DNA from: an uncultured virus (IMG/VR IMGVR_UViG_2061766007_000697)
Lineage: Duplodnaviria; Heunggongvirae; Uroviricota; Caudoviricetes
Direction: 5' to 3' (one strand)
Length of the DNA: 64,000 nucleotides
IMG/VR virus record: IMGVR_UViG_2061766007_000697
The position numbers and the translations under genes were made by a program. The notes below the pieces were generated by a model. The model was not told where the DNA came from. It saw only the letters and a list, made by a program, of their open reading frames with translations, and did not search any database. Of the stretch, positions 1 to 10,538 are shown in pieces (position 1 is the first letter of the stretch; each line of letters opens with the position of its first letter).

Positions 1-134
1 TACAGGTGTCTGGAACCAAGAACAGCAGGAGGTCTAATGGGCTTTATCTTATTCATTTTCGGTATTCTGGCGGGTGCAGCTGTGTGGTCTGTGCCTGCTG
101 CCATCATTGGGCTTTTTACAAGAGGTAACCGCAA

Positions 135-1187
135 ATGATCGAAGTAATCAAGCAGTCTGCAAGGTTGCTCACTCACAGTGACCCCCTTGAGATGGTAGAG
201 CATGCTGCCAGGATCTGCTATGACTCAGTTGATAAGATGAAACCAGGAAGCGCAGAGCCAATGGTCAGAAGTCTTATTAAGCTGGGTCATTTCACTCCGC
301 TGGAACACGCACATGTTGATCTTTATATAGATAAGGTGGCTGACAAAGAAGCCAGAAGTTATGTCGAGAATCTGTATCAATTTGCTGCACCAATGGATTT
401 TGCATTTTGTGATAGAAAGCTGACGCGCGGGGCCTTCTATAAGGGTGCAAATGAAGCAGGCAACTTCGTTTCAGGTAATCTCAGAGATATCGTCTGGTAT
501 CTTGGACAGCACACCGATCCTATAGAGATCATTAAACAGGCAGCTGTTCCTACGCCTAAATATGCAGTATTGGAGCTCATAACGGATAGAGGCATCGCCA
601 CAGAGTTCTTCCGTCATCGAACTATGTCATATGACGACAACGGAACAATGTGCGGAACAATATCACTTGATGTTGACTTTGTTCCGGAACCGAGCGTAAA
701 CCAGCAGTCAACACGTTATGTCAACTTCGATAAGAAGGGCGCATTCTTGATACTGCCGGAGCCTGCTGACTGGGCATATGACAGCTCCAAATGGGAATAC
801 CTTATGTGGAAGCAGACATGCATCTATTCGATCCAATGCTATATCGATATGGTGCAGAACAAAATGCCTCCAGAGTATGCACGCAACGTTCTGCCGCTTA
901 GTCTTGGTACCAAAGTGGTAATGTCTGGTTCTCTTATTAATTGGCTCTATGTCTTGAATCTGCGGTTGCCTAAAGGAGCGCACCCACAGGCGAGAGTCTT
1001 GTCGGCGCACATCTGGGATGCTCTTATGGCTGATCCGTATAACAGCAGCTACATTAACAGAGTCCTGACAGAAGGCAAACTGGATCATCAATTCCAGCAC
1101 ATCGACTTTGCCAGCGAAGTAGCAGCCATCAAAANNNNNNNNNNNNNNNNNNNNNNNNNNNNNNNNNNNNNNGCAGACGCCCGTTAA
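135..1187 (+). CDS. thyX: Flavin-dependent thymidylate synthase ThyX (true 3' end probably inside the N-gap at ~1135-1172)
   Basis: EHAARICYDS, GHFTPLEH, RHR...SxxxxSTRY, EYARNVLP and LRL..AHPQ motifs typical of ThyX. Confidence 0.93.
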   Translation: MIEVIKQSARLLTHSDPLEMVEHAARICYDSVDKMKPGSAEPMVRSLIKLGHFTPLEHAHVDLYIDKVADKEARSYVENLYQFAAPMDFAFCDRKLTRGAFYKGANEAGNFVSGNLRDIVWYLGQHTDPIEIIKQAAVPTPKYAVLELITDRGIATEFFRHRTMSYDDNGTMCGTISLDVDFVPEPSVNQQSTRYVNFDKKGAFLILPEPADWAYDSSKWEYLMWKQTCIYSIQCYIDMVQNKMPPEYARNVLPLSLGTKVVMSGSLINWLYVLNLRLPKGAHPQARVLSAHIWDALMADPYNSSYINRVLTEGKLDHQFQHIDFASEVAAIKXXXXXXXXXXXXXADAR

Positions 1188-1954
1188 TCAGAATGCACCC
1201 AATACTGTTAATGCTACGCAAAGGCAGCAGGATGCGAAAGACAACGAAAGCATAAAGGAAAAGATCCTGCAACTCGAAGCAGATGTTGCAGATCTCAAGA
1301 AGGCTGTTGATCAGCTGACAATCGACGCCTACCGTCGCTAACACTCTACCAACGGTATAGAATCCAGGGCGGCTTCGGTCGCCCTTTTTGTTGTCCATGG
1401 AAAGACATAGACTACACAGAAACCTAGTCCAAGGCATACTGCTGCTGGGGCTGTCTCCAAGAGAGATTTCGGATGCCTTTCAGATATCGACAGTACAGGC
1501 AAATAAGATACTGAATGGCAGGCCCGTCTTCTTGGAACAGCAACAGCTGGANNNNNNNNNNNNNNNNNNNNAACCAGCTGCAGTATGCGTTATCGGCGCG
1601 TGTGGAAAGGCTTATGAACAACGAAAAAACCCGAAAAAGTTTCGTTGCCTGGGTACATTCGGCGGCACTCATGATGGACATCTATGATGGTATGCAACCC
1701 TATGCGGATCAGTGTAATTTTCTGAATCCGATGGACCCGTTCCTGACAGGGTTGTATACAGTGGATGCAGNNNNNNNNNNNNNNNNNNNNNNNNNNNNNN
1801 NNNNNNNNNNNNNNNNNNNNNNNNNNNNNNNNACTGGAGACCTTTCAAGGGGTCGATTTTGGCAATTCCAGAGACCGGGTTCCGGCGTCTATTGATATCT
1901 TTGCGTTATCTCCTGAAGACGCAAAGAGAAGGGAAACTTTAGTAAGGAGTAACA

Positions 1955-4900
1955 ATGAACATTATTAAACGAGATGGCAGCGTGGCGGAGTTTGATAGAA
2001 ACAAAATCACACTTGCCATCAAAAAGGCACTGGAAGCCTGCGATATGGCCAGTGACACAATCGCTCTGAGTGTGACGGAGGATGTCGTCCANNNNNNNNN
2101 NNNNNNNNNNNNNNNNNNNNNNNNNNNNNNNNNTCGAGGATGCCCTTATGAAAAGAGGCATGCTTAAAGTGGCGAAGGCTTACATCAAGTATCGCTATAG
2201 GCACGCAATGGCTCGAAACGCTAATATTGAGTTAGTCAACGGCGCGTTGGATAAACTTGCTGCAAAGCATGTGGTGAATCAGAATGCGAATGTTGACGAA
2301 GCGTCTTTCGGGGGTCGTATAGGAGAGGCTGCATCATTTGTCATGAAGAAGCTGGCGCTAGATTTCAAGATGTCAGAGGTTGCTAAAAACAACCACGAAA
2401 ACAACTTGATATACACGCATGACCTCGATATGGTTGCAATTGGTGATCACAACTGTTTAAGCATACCCTTTGATACTCTTCTTGCCAAGGGCTTTAAGAC
2501 GAGACAAACAGATGTTAGGGGTGCTCAGTCGGTAAATACAGCATTTCAGCTTTTGGCCGTTATTTTCCAGCTACAGTCGCTTAATCAGTTTGGAGGAGTA
2601 AGTGCAACACATCTGGATTGGACAATGGTACCATATGTGCGCAAAAGCTTCAAGAAGCACTTCTTGAAGCGGGCGTTTGATGAGTTCGTTGTCAACTATA
2701 AAGCTCCCATGAATTTGAGCAATGATCTCAAATATTATGTGAACAAATATCCAGTCGTGGAAGAGTGGCTTAGTCTCGATAGAAAAACCATACGACAGAT
2801 GATTAAAGCATTTGGCCAGTGGTATGTCAATGAAGAGGGTCTTACAGTTGAAGACTTTACATTTGACAGCAAAAAGTTAAATCGTAAGATTAAGAATGCT
2901 GCTATTTATGATACAGCAGAAGAGGCTCGGNNNNNNNNNNNNNNNNNNNNNNNNNNNNNNNNNNNNNNNNNNNCTGCCAGCTGCCTTTTACTTCTTGTAA
3001 TACAGGAACTTGCACAATTCCGGAAGGTAGATTAATTACAGAACTCTTCCTTGAGGCCTATATCGAGGGCACGGGCGCAAATGGAAGCACACCTATCTTC
3101 CCATGTGCGATCTTTGTAATGAAAGATGGTATCAATAAAAAGCCGACTGATCCTAATTATGATCTGTTTAGACTGGCGCTTAAGGCTACATCGCTCAGAC
3201 TCTATCCAAACTATGCCAATGGAGACTGGAGTTCTCAGAAGGCATGGGTTCGNNNNNNNNNNNNNNNNNNNNNNNNNNNNNNNNNNNNNNNAGCTGTCGG
3301 CACTCATTAGTCGTATACAGCAGGAGCCTGTTGTTGGTACTAAGCTGTCTCTTATTCTAACTGATGGCAAACTGTCTATTGACCCAGCAGAAAGACCTAC
3401 GGAGCAGTTCTCAACTATGGGGTGCAGAACTGCTAATGGCTTTGATATCAATGGGTTACAAAGTTATAAACTTGCCATTTCACAGGCAATATCTAACCTG
3501 CCAATAACCGTTGATTTGCTCTCAGCAGCGCAAAAGGATGGTAGAGGAAATATCTGTCCTGTCACAATCATTTTGCCAGAACTGGCAATGATTGCAAACA
3601 GGAATACAGAAGTCTTCTTCCAGATTCTTGAGCAAAAGCTGGAAGAGGCTAAAGACCAGCTTATAGNNNNNNNNNNNNNNNNNNNNNNNNNNNNNNNNNN
3701 NNNNNNNNNNNNNNNNNNNNNNNNNNNTATATTGAGTCCGAAGGCATCAGAAGCGCGCTACAGCATGGAACTCTTGCCATAGGACAAATAGGTGTTGCAG
3801 AAACGCTTCAGCTTCTCATCGGCAAGGACCAAACATCTCCAGAAGGATNNNNNNNNNNNNNNNNNNNNNNNNNNNTCAGGAATAAGTATAAACTGAATTT
3901 TGGGGTCTATTATTCTCCAAGCGAATCTTTGTGTTACACATCATTGAAGAAGTTCCAGGCCAAGTATGGTAAGATTCCTAATGTTTCTGACAAGGAATTC
4001 TTCACCAACTCGATGCACGTGCCTGTCTGGAAACGGATGGATCCACTAACTAAGATAGACATCGAATCTCAACTGCTTGGTTATTCTTCCGCAGGTGCTA
4101 TCTGCTACGTCGAGNNNNNNNNNNNNNNGGTTCTTTATGCGATGGACAAGGATGTCCCTTATTTTGCCATAAATGTTCCAAACGATCATTGTGAGACATG
4201 TGGTTATATAGGAGATATTCCTGATAATTGTCCTAAATGCGGTGGAAGCTCTATTATGCGCTTACGTCGCGTAACTGGGTTATCTTGAGCAAGAAATGCC
4301 CATAAACTGTTGTAAACCTGAATAATATATTCGGGGTTCTCTTAGCCGGCGTGGCAGTAGCCTGCATAAGTCAAATAATTACTAAGAGGGTATCAAGAGA
4401 TGAATGATACAACCAATTCAAACCTTGAGTTCAGGAAAATTCCTTCGCTCAATTATCTGTATGAAGTTAATTCCAATGGAACTATCTTCAGAAATGTTAA
4501 ATCAAAAAAGCAGAGCAAGATAAAGCTCGATATGCACCACTCCAAGAAAGGTTATTATGCTGTTTGGGTTCACCTCGGTGGTAGAGGTCCAAATAGTATT
4601 ATTAAACGTGTTATGATTGCACACGTTGTAGCTGAATGTTGGCTTGGCCCTAAACCAGCTGGCATGGAAGTTGATCATATCGACCGTAACAGCCATAACA
4701 ATGATTACAGAAATCTTCGTTATGTCACAAAGAGTGAACAAATGAAGAATAGAGATCATAGTGGTATAGCTGCTCGCGGTACAGCTAATTTACTTGAGGC
4801 TTGTGCAGAGCGCTCTAAACCTGTTGCGCTTACTAAAGACAATGTGCGAACAGTGTATCCTTCACAAGCTGCTGCTGGTAGATTTTTAGCAGAACAGACA

Positions 4901-5110
4901 GGCTATACAGTAGGAAAGGCCTGTTATAGATTGAGTGCTGGTAGATCCCATATATGGGGCTATGATATTGAATACCTGAATGCAGAGACTGTACACAACG
5001 GCTCTACGGAGCAAGAAACAGTCCACTAATGTGATTTAAGCTCAGATTATCATCACTTTAATCTTGGCAAGCAGAGTGAAGTTATTCACAGAGTCAAGCA
5101 CATAGGGTAA
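1955..5110 (+). CDS. nrdD: Anaerobic (class III) ribonucleoside-triphosphate reductase. Exon 1 is 1955-4280 and exon 2 is 5034-5110; the apparent frameshifts coincide with N-gaps
   Basis: N-terminal ATP cone (IIKRDGSVAEFDRNKI), NQNANVDE, HDLD..HNC, QFGGVS, MGCRT, GRGNI, FFTNSMHVPV and a CxxC..CxxC Zn site. Splicing restores RRVTGY-LSSDYHHFNLGKQSEVIHRVKH, which contains the glycyl-radical motif. Confidence 0.95.
4281..5033 (+). mobile_element. Group I self-splicing intron in nrdD
   Basis: The 5' exon ends GGGU and pairs with GCCC in the IGS (U.G at the splice site). The intron ends in G. P7-forming GCAGAGACTGTA (~4982-4993) and AAGAAACAGTCC (~5013-5024) are present. Removing the intron gives a continuous NrdD C-terminus. 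Confidence 0.92.
4400..5029 (+). CDS. Intron-encoded HNH homing endonuclease
   Basis: YEVNSNG, AHVVAECWLG, EVDHIDRNSHNNDYRNLRYVT (HNH_3 type) and a NUMOD1-like C-terminus; lies inside the intron. Confidence 0.92.
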   Translation: MNDTTNSNLEFRKIPSLNYLYEVNSNGTIFRNVKSKKQSKIKLDMHHSKKGYYAVWVHLGGRGPNSIIKRVMIAHVVAECWLGPKPAGMEVDHIDRNSHNNDYRNLRYVTKSEQMKNRDHSGIAARGTANLLEACAERSKPVALTKDNVRTVYPSQAAAGRFLAEQTGYTVGKACYRLSAGRSHIWGYDIEYLNAETVHNGSTEQETVH

Positions 5111-5114
5111 CACA

Positions 5115-5553
5115 ATGAATTACGCACGCATCTATAAGGCAGATTTTATCAACGGCAAGGGAATTAGAGTTACCTTGTTCGTATCTGGTTGTTCTCATCG
5201 GTGTCCAGGCTGCTTTAATCAGCGAGCCTGGAACGAGGACTATGGAAAACCATACACACAAGAAGTTGAGGACCAGATAATAGAGTATCTGAAAGCACCA
5301 TATATTGCTGGATTGACTTTCCTTGGCGGTGAGCCTATGGAACCNNNNNNNNNNNNNNNNNNNNNNNNNNNNNNNNNNNNNNNNNNNNNNNNNNNNNNNN
5401 NNNNNNNNNNNNNNNNNNNNNNNNNNNNNNNNNNNNNNNNNNNNNNNNNNNNNNNNNNNNNNNNNNNNNNNNNNNNNNNNNNGTTCTTCCAATCAGCGAA
5501 TCATTGACATGCGCAAGACAGGAGACGGTGAGCCCGTACTCTTGAGTCTTTGA
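5115..5553 (+). CDS. nrdG: Anaerobic RNR activating enzyme (radical SAM), gapped
   Basis: NGKGIRVTLFVSGCSHRCPGCFN (CxxxCxxC), LGGEP and a C-terminal SSNQRIID; directly follows nrdD. Confidence 0.95.
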
Positions 5554-5578
5554 TCTCAATTATCGTTCTACAATTCGT

Positions 5579-5611
5579 GCCCCGTCAGGCAGAAGCCTGA
5601 CGGGGCTTTTT
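5579..5611 (+). terminator. Intrinsic terminator (repeat family, also at 5873 and 8372)
   Basis: GCCCCGTCAGGC-AGAA-GCCTGACGGGGC followed by TTTTT. Confidence 0.85.
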
Positions 5612-5872
5612 CGTTAAACTAATCCGAATAAGGAGTACAAATAATGAGACAAGATACAGATTGGTATTCTGTCGCTATTTTTCTTGAAGAGTTCGCAGAG
5701 TTTTTGGCAAGCCACGATGCGTCTATATCTGTCGATGATAAGGGTAATGTATATTTGGATATTACAGAGGTGGCCAATCATGTGAGGATCGGTAGGATCG
5801 GCTGTATGCTGAACGATAGGACTGTTTCAACGATGTCTGAATATTACATGAGGCGTCAATAAAGTTATCGCA

Positions 5873-5904
5873 CCCCGCCAAGCATAGGCCTGGCGGGGCT
5901 TTTT
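5873..5904 (+). terminator. Intrinsic terminator (same family as 5579)
   Basis: CCCCGCCAAGC-ATAG-GCCTGGCGGGG followed by CTTTTT. Confidence 0.8.
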
Positions 5905-5946
5905 CGTTTAACTGATTCAAAAGCAACGGACAAGTAAAGGAGAACA

Positions 5947-6525
5947 ATGACTATAAACCAATTACGCAAGGGCATACTAATTTCAAAAAGAGCAGAAGAT
6001 AAGAATGCTGTTAGAATGCATTTTGAGCTCGGTAGATGGAGTATAGGCAGTAAAAATATTAAGCTATATCCAAAAATCGTTTTTGGATTAGATCCTAGTG
6101 GTAGGTATTTAGGAGCAACACATTATGAGACTCCTTATACATACTCATTAGATGAGTTTGAAAAGCGTTTCCATCCTACCGGTATAGCTACTACACGTAG
6201 AATCAGGAAGCTGTTTACTAACTCTGGGTGTCAGATTGATTATATGCCTCCTATTCAAAAATCTGCTTATTCCAAGACAACTCTTGAAGAAAACGAAAGG
6301 GAAGAAATTAAGGAGTTGCTAGAAGAGAATGAGAAGTTGCGAGAAGAGGCTGAGTTTTACCGTTTGTGCTCGATTGCGTCTGAGAAAGCCAAACAAGATC
6401 TCGAAATAGAGATGTTGTGTGAGGCCGCGGATCGAAGTCGTAGAGAATATCTGGATTGGGCTCATGGTAAAAAGAGCGGGTATGGTCCAGATTCTTTTAT
6501 GTGCTATATGAGCGATTATGACTAA
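5947..6525 (+). CDS. Hypothetical protein with a coiled-coil C-terminal half
   Basis: 192-aa ORF with AAGGAG SD. Confidence 0.6.
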   Translation: MTINQLRKGILISKRAEDKNAVRMHFELGRWSIGSKNIKLYPKIVFGLDPSGRYLGATHYETPYTYSLDEFEKRFHPTGIATTRRIRKLFTNSGCQIDYMPPIQKSAYSKTTLEENEREEIKELLEENEKLREEAEFYRLCSIASEKAKQDLEIEMLCEAADRSRREYLDWAHGKKSGYGPDSFMCYMSDYD

Positions 6526-6549
6526 ACTTTTCAATCCTAGGAGACAAAT

Positions 6550-7086
6550 ATGTCTGACACGAAAAAAGCAAGACACCAATTTGATGAGGTGGCAGAAAAG
6601 GCCGAGCTAAAAGAGTACCTCACGCAGCATCCAGATTTTAAGGCGACTTGTGGTAATTGTTGTCGCAACGCAACGATAAATCTGGAAGTGCTTTGCGATC
6701 ATCCCGGTACTGACGATAAGGCAGCATGTGATGATTGGATCCCTGGTCCAATGACAAAAGAAGAGCTTTCTGCTTTTCTCGGCTTTGAAGGGGATCATGG
6801 TGATATACCAAGATTGGATCATGTTGAGGAAGCAAAAGACGAATGTGACAGCTGGGAACCATTCTCCAATCCTGAAACAGCTGACGCTGAGTACAAAGCA
6901 ATCCAGCTTGGTACGCTGGCGAATATTGACATGCTGCTTTCAGCGCGGTTCTGCAATAACAATGGGTGTGGCTGCGCTGCGTGTCCGTTTGGTGCAGCTG
7001 GACTCAACTGCCCGCGTCATCAAGTGATAGAAGCCATCAAGAAATTGGAGGAACAGAAATGTTTTTCGACAAACAACACAATTTAA
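6550..7086 (+). CDS. Cys-rich hypothetical protein
   Basis: AGGAG SD; multiple CxxC motifs. Confidence 0.6.
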   Translation: MSDTKKARHQFDEVAEKAELKEYLTQHPDFKATCGNCCRNATINLEVLCDHPGTDDKAACDDWIPGPMTKEELSAFLGFEGDHGDIPRLDHVEEAKDECDSWEPFSNPETADAEYKAIQLGTLANIDMLLSARFCNNNGCGCAACPFGAAGLNCPRHQVIEAIKKLEEQKCFSTNNTI

Positions 7087-7769
7087 GGAAAGGACCAGAT
7101 GGTAGAATCCATAGTCTGGATCCGCGTGAGGAAGAATCACTGCAGCGGCAGTATGCAAAGGCGTCCTCTATGACAGAAGAGGAGGCCAGGTGCCTTATGG
7201 CTGTCCTGGCTCGTGACAATCCACGCCTTACAAGCATCCTGCATGAACGAGCCCAGCAACAGGAGCAGAAATGAGTTGGTACACCATCGTTCAGAGGATT
7301 ACTTTGGAACCAGACGAGCTTCATTACATCATGCTGGAACTTCTTCAAAAGCATCCAGATGATGAGAAGTTCGCAGAGGCAGCAAAGGAAATCGAAGAAC
7401 GGCTCAATCAAGAAGCACATGATGTTGTGCTTGAGTAAGGAGNNNNNNNNNNGTTCTGTCTTTCATCGCGCTTGCCTATGCTTTCAGCGCCTTCATACAG
7501 GCTATGAGGAAGGCAGATATGTCTGAGGATTTTCAGACTATTCATGATATGCTGCAGAAGCTGGATGACGACGTGCCAGGTCTGGAAGATGTCATAAAGG
7601 TCGCCGAGACCAATGCCGACAAATGGCATGATTCGGACAGATGGTCTATGCACGGTCTCATCGCGATCTTNNNNNNNNNNNNNNNNNNNNNNNNNNNNNN
7701 NNNNNNNNNNNNNNNNNNNNNNNAAATGCTTATGGAGCCGCCTGTCAGAGCCAGGAAGGAGCCTGACAA

Positions 7770-7985
7770 ATGAGCATTACGACTCAATGTCCAAACTGTC
7801 ATAGCATGAATGTCTATCACAAGGGCATTCTTGTTGTGGACATGGATGAGGTAGAGCTGTTCTTTACCTGTAGGAAATGCGGGCACGAATGGAAAGACAC
7901 ATTCGAGCTCGGTCCCCGCATCAAGACCTCTGTGATCCAGCAGGGCAACAAGTCTCGCAGACACCGCCAAGTCATGGAGGAGTGA
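7770..7985 (+). CDS. Small zinc-ribbon protein
   Basis: CPNC...CRKCGHEW. Confidence 0.75.
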   Translation: MSITTQCPNCHSMNVYHKGILVVDMDEVELFFTCRKCGHEWKDTFELGPRIKTSVIQQGNKSRRHRQVMEE

Positions 7986-7987
7986 GT

Positions 7988-8185
7988 ATGGAAAAACAAC
8001 CACAGATTCCTCGTGAGTGTCCCGAATGTAACGGCAAGAACTTGGCGATCACGAATGCCATGCCTTTGTCAGATGAGCAGGACAATGAATTGCTCCGACT
8101 CAGCTTTCGATGCTGTAGCTGCAATCACGGGTGGTCAGAGCTGTATCGTCTTGAGCGCTGCACAGAAGAGGTTGTCGGGACATGA
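7988..8185 (+). CDS. Small zinc-ribbon protein
   Basis: CPEC...CCSCNHGW; start re-called at ATG 7988 after GGAG. Confidence 0.75.
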   Translation: MEKQPQIPRECPECNGKNLAITNAMPLSDEQDNELLRLSFRCCSCNHGWSELYRLERCTEEVVGT

Positions 8186-8361
8186 TGCTTCATCATACAT
8201 GCCCTGAGTGCGGGGAGCACGAGAATATCAACGTGCACATCACGGTGTTCCTATGGTCCAACAGGGAACCGCAGCGGCTGATATTCACATTCACGTGTTT
8301 CACCTGCAGGCATCAGTGGCAGATGGAAACGGATGACTTCGACACAGATGAGAGTCCGTGA
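8182..8361 (+). CDS. Small zinc-ribbon protein (59 aa, not in the ORF track)
   Basis: MMLHHTCPECGE...FTCFTCRHQW; ATGA overlap with the previous gene. Confidence 0.7.
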   Translation: MMLHHTCPECGEHENINVHITVFLWSNREPQRLIFTFTCFTCRHQWQMETDDFDTDESP

Positions 8362-8874
8362 TCCTGTTCGTGCCCCGTCAGGCTTCTGCTTGGCGGGGCN
8401 NNNNNNNNNCAAATGCAATCAACGAGCTTGGCTTATTTTTGGCTACCATAGATATGTCTATCAAGTTTACAGGGAGCGACGTCATTTTGCAGCTTGATGA
8501 TTGCGGCGAGACGTTTGTGTTGCCTGCTCTCAAGTCGGAAACAGATGCCAGCGTTATAGATGGCGAGCTGCTTGGTGAGCTTGCGGACAAACTTCTGCTT
8601 TAACAAGAAAGGAAACAGAAATGAGTTATCACGTAACACTAACCGACGAGCAGATTGTTGAATTTAGCGATGCTCTGGACAACTTTCTGGAAGTAACCAA
8701 AAGGGTGTTCGACGACCAACGTACAATGTTCAATTTCGGTGAAGTTATTGAGGGTGCTTTAGAGTATTGGCAACCTACGGCATGCAAACAGTTAAGAGAA
8801 TATGTGAAAAAGCAGATAGATACAAAGCCGGATGAGGAACTCAAAGCCGTCATGAAAGAACCGGAGGAGCAGAA

Positions 8875-9252
8875 ATGAACAAATCAACCAAACAACTTTT
8901 CGATGCGCCGTGGGAAGCAGAAGAGTACAAACATGGTAAAGGGGCATTTGTTGTTCGCAACAATAGTGGATATCTTGTTGCAGAAAATATGTCCGAACAG
9001 GACGCCCAGCGACTTGCAAGATTACCAGAGCTCTACGAAGCGCTTGCATCTGTTATGTACGAAGGCTGTAATAACTGCCTTACGGCGCATCGTTCAGACA
9101 TTGATCCTACTTTCGATTTCTTCATGGACCATGGGTGCCCGATAGACCATGGGGACTGCCCGCTTGGTAAGCATTGGACAACGCTGCGGAAAGTGAGAGA
9201 TGGGGAACGAGTGTACCAGCCAAAAGACGAATCAAAGGAGGCTGACCAATGA
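8875..9252 (+). CDS. Phage hypothetical protein
   Basis: APW...DAQRLARLPELYEAL resembles a common phage small-protein motif; Cys-rich C-terminus. Confidence 0.6.
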   Translation: MNKSTKQLFDAPWEAEEYKHGKGAFVVRNNSGYLVAENMSEQDAQRLARLPELYEALASVMYEGCNNCLTAHRSDIDPTFDFFMDHGCPIDHGDCPLGKHWTTLRKVRDGERVYQPKDESKEADQ

Positions 9253-9415
9253 CACGTAGGGTTTGCATGCTCTGCGATTGGGCCCGCCCTGAACCGCTAC
9301 ATCTGCGGCTCTACTGCCGGAAGAAACAGGCTATAGTTGACCCGGAGGATTCCTGTCCTAACTGGCGCGACGAATGGCCGAAGCCTGACACACAATCAAC
9401 AAAGGAGAACCCGAA

Positions 9416-9820
9416 ATGAAGAAACCAAGCACATGCCCGAAGTGCGGTAGCTCTAACATCTGGCGGTCGTTCGTGAGAACCGGCGACGACGATACAGTCA
9501 ATGTTTACAGTGTGCTCTGCAAGAACTGCTATCACACCTGGCTGGAGCACTATAAGACGGAGCTCGAAAAGATTGAGGAACCAGACGTCAATCCCGATGA
9601 GAAGATCGGCGTGTATCTGGCCATGTCCCGAAAGGCAGCGAGGATCCTGTTCAGTAATCTCGGATATCTGGCAGCTATTCAGCATGACAAGTGTGATCCG
9701 GCAACCTGTGACAAGTGCTTTGGATGCCTGTTCTATGCCAAGGACGGCGACAAGAAGATCTGTCTGCGCATCCCTGCGCTCCAGGCAGCCAATCTGCTTA
9801 GCATGGAGCATGACAAATGA
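9416..9820 (+). CDS. Zinc-ribbon protein with a second Cys cluster
   Basis: CPKCGS...CKNCYHTW; AAGGAG SD. Confidence 0.7.
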   Translation: MKKPSTCPKCGSSNIWRSFVRTGDDDTVNVYSVLCKNCYHTWLEHYKTELEKIEEPDVNPDEKIGVYLAMSRKAARILFSNLGYLAAIQHDKCDPATCDKCFGCLFYAKDGDKKICLRIPALQAANLLSMEHDK

Positions 9821-10002
9821 AAGAGTCCCTTAATCCAAATGTCTGCCCATCATGTGGAAGCACAGATATTGATGACTATGGGGATATAGTCTGGGTAGAC
9901 GATGCTGTGCTGGAACAAGACTGTTCTTGTTTGACATGCGATTGTGACTTCACAGTGCGTTACAAAGCGGTACCCATAGCGATCAAGGTCCAGAGAAAAT
10001 AA
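9817..10002 (+). CDS. Small zinc-ribbon protein
   Basis: CPSCGS...CLTC. Confidence 0.7.
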   Translation: MKESLNPNVCPSCGSTDIDDYGDIVWVDDAVLEQDCSCLTCDCDFTVRYKAVPIAIKVQRK

Positions 10003-10020
10003 CAATGAACAAAAGGAGGC

Positions 10021-10538
10021 ATGATGAAATTCTGGACATCATACTTCGGAAATGTACGGAATATCCCGTCCGACATTGTTCCAGTCGGCATAGCCGGCAG
10101 ATCGCCTAAATGGTGGAAAGGCCTGGAGTACAAAAAGCTCGCTCCATCATGGGACATATACAGCAAGTGGAAGTACGAGCACCATGACGACGGCATCTAC
10201 ACCGCGAGGTTCAATGCTGAACGTCTTNNNNNNNNNNCTCATGGGACATATTCAGCAAATGGAAGTACCAGCACCATGACGACGGCATCTACACCGCGAG
10301 GTTCAATGCTGAACGTCTTGGCAAGCTGAATTTTTCCAATGTTGTGAATGAGCTCATGAAGCTGTCTGACGACAAGGACATCTGCCTGCTCTGTTATGAG
10401 ATCCCCGGCATGTTCTGCCATAGGCACCTGGTGGCCAAATGGTTTACAGAACACGGATTCACAACACTTGAGCTTACCAAAGACAGTGTCCATACTGTCA
10501 TCCAGCCTGACGAACAAGAGAAAGGACCTGACAAATGA
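10021..10538 (+). CDS. DUF488-family protein (split by an N-gap with a duplicated flank)
   Basis: TSYF, KLAPSW and ICLLCYE..FCHRHLVAKW motifs. Confidence 0.8.

Noticed and set aside
1955..4288. Apparent frameshifts or pseudogenisation of nrdD (also dut, ligase, sigma and fibre genes)
   Set aside because: Every frame change coincides with an N-run of uncertain length.
5579..5920. Integron attC sites (hairpin followed by GTTAAAC)
   Set aside because: There is no matching RYYYAAC inverse core at the right position and no integrase; the hairpin plus T-run fits a terminator.
10147..10319. ~80-nt direct repeat with 3 substitutions inside the DUF488 gene (DGR-like or duplication?)
   Set aside because: The copies flank an N-gap, and merging them restores one gene. 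Differences are not confined to adenines and no reverse transcriptase is visible. Most likely a scaffolding overlap of strain variants.
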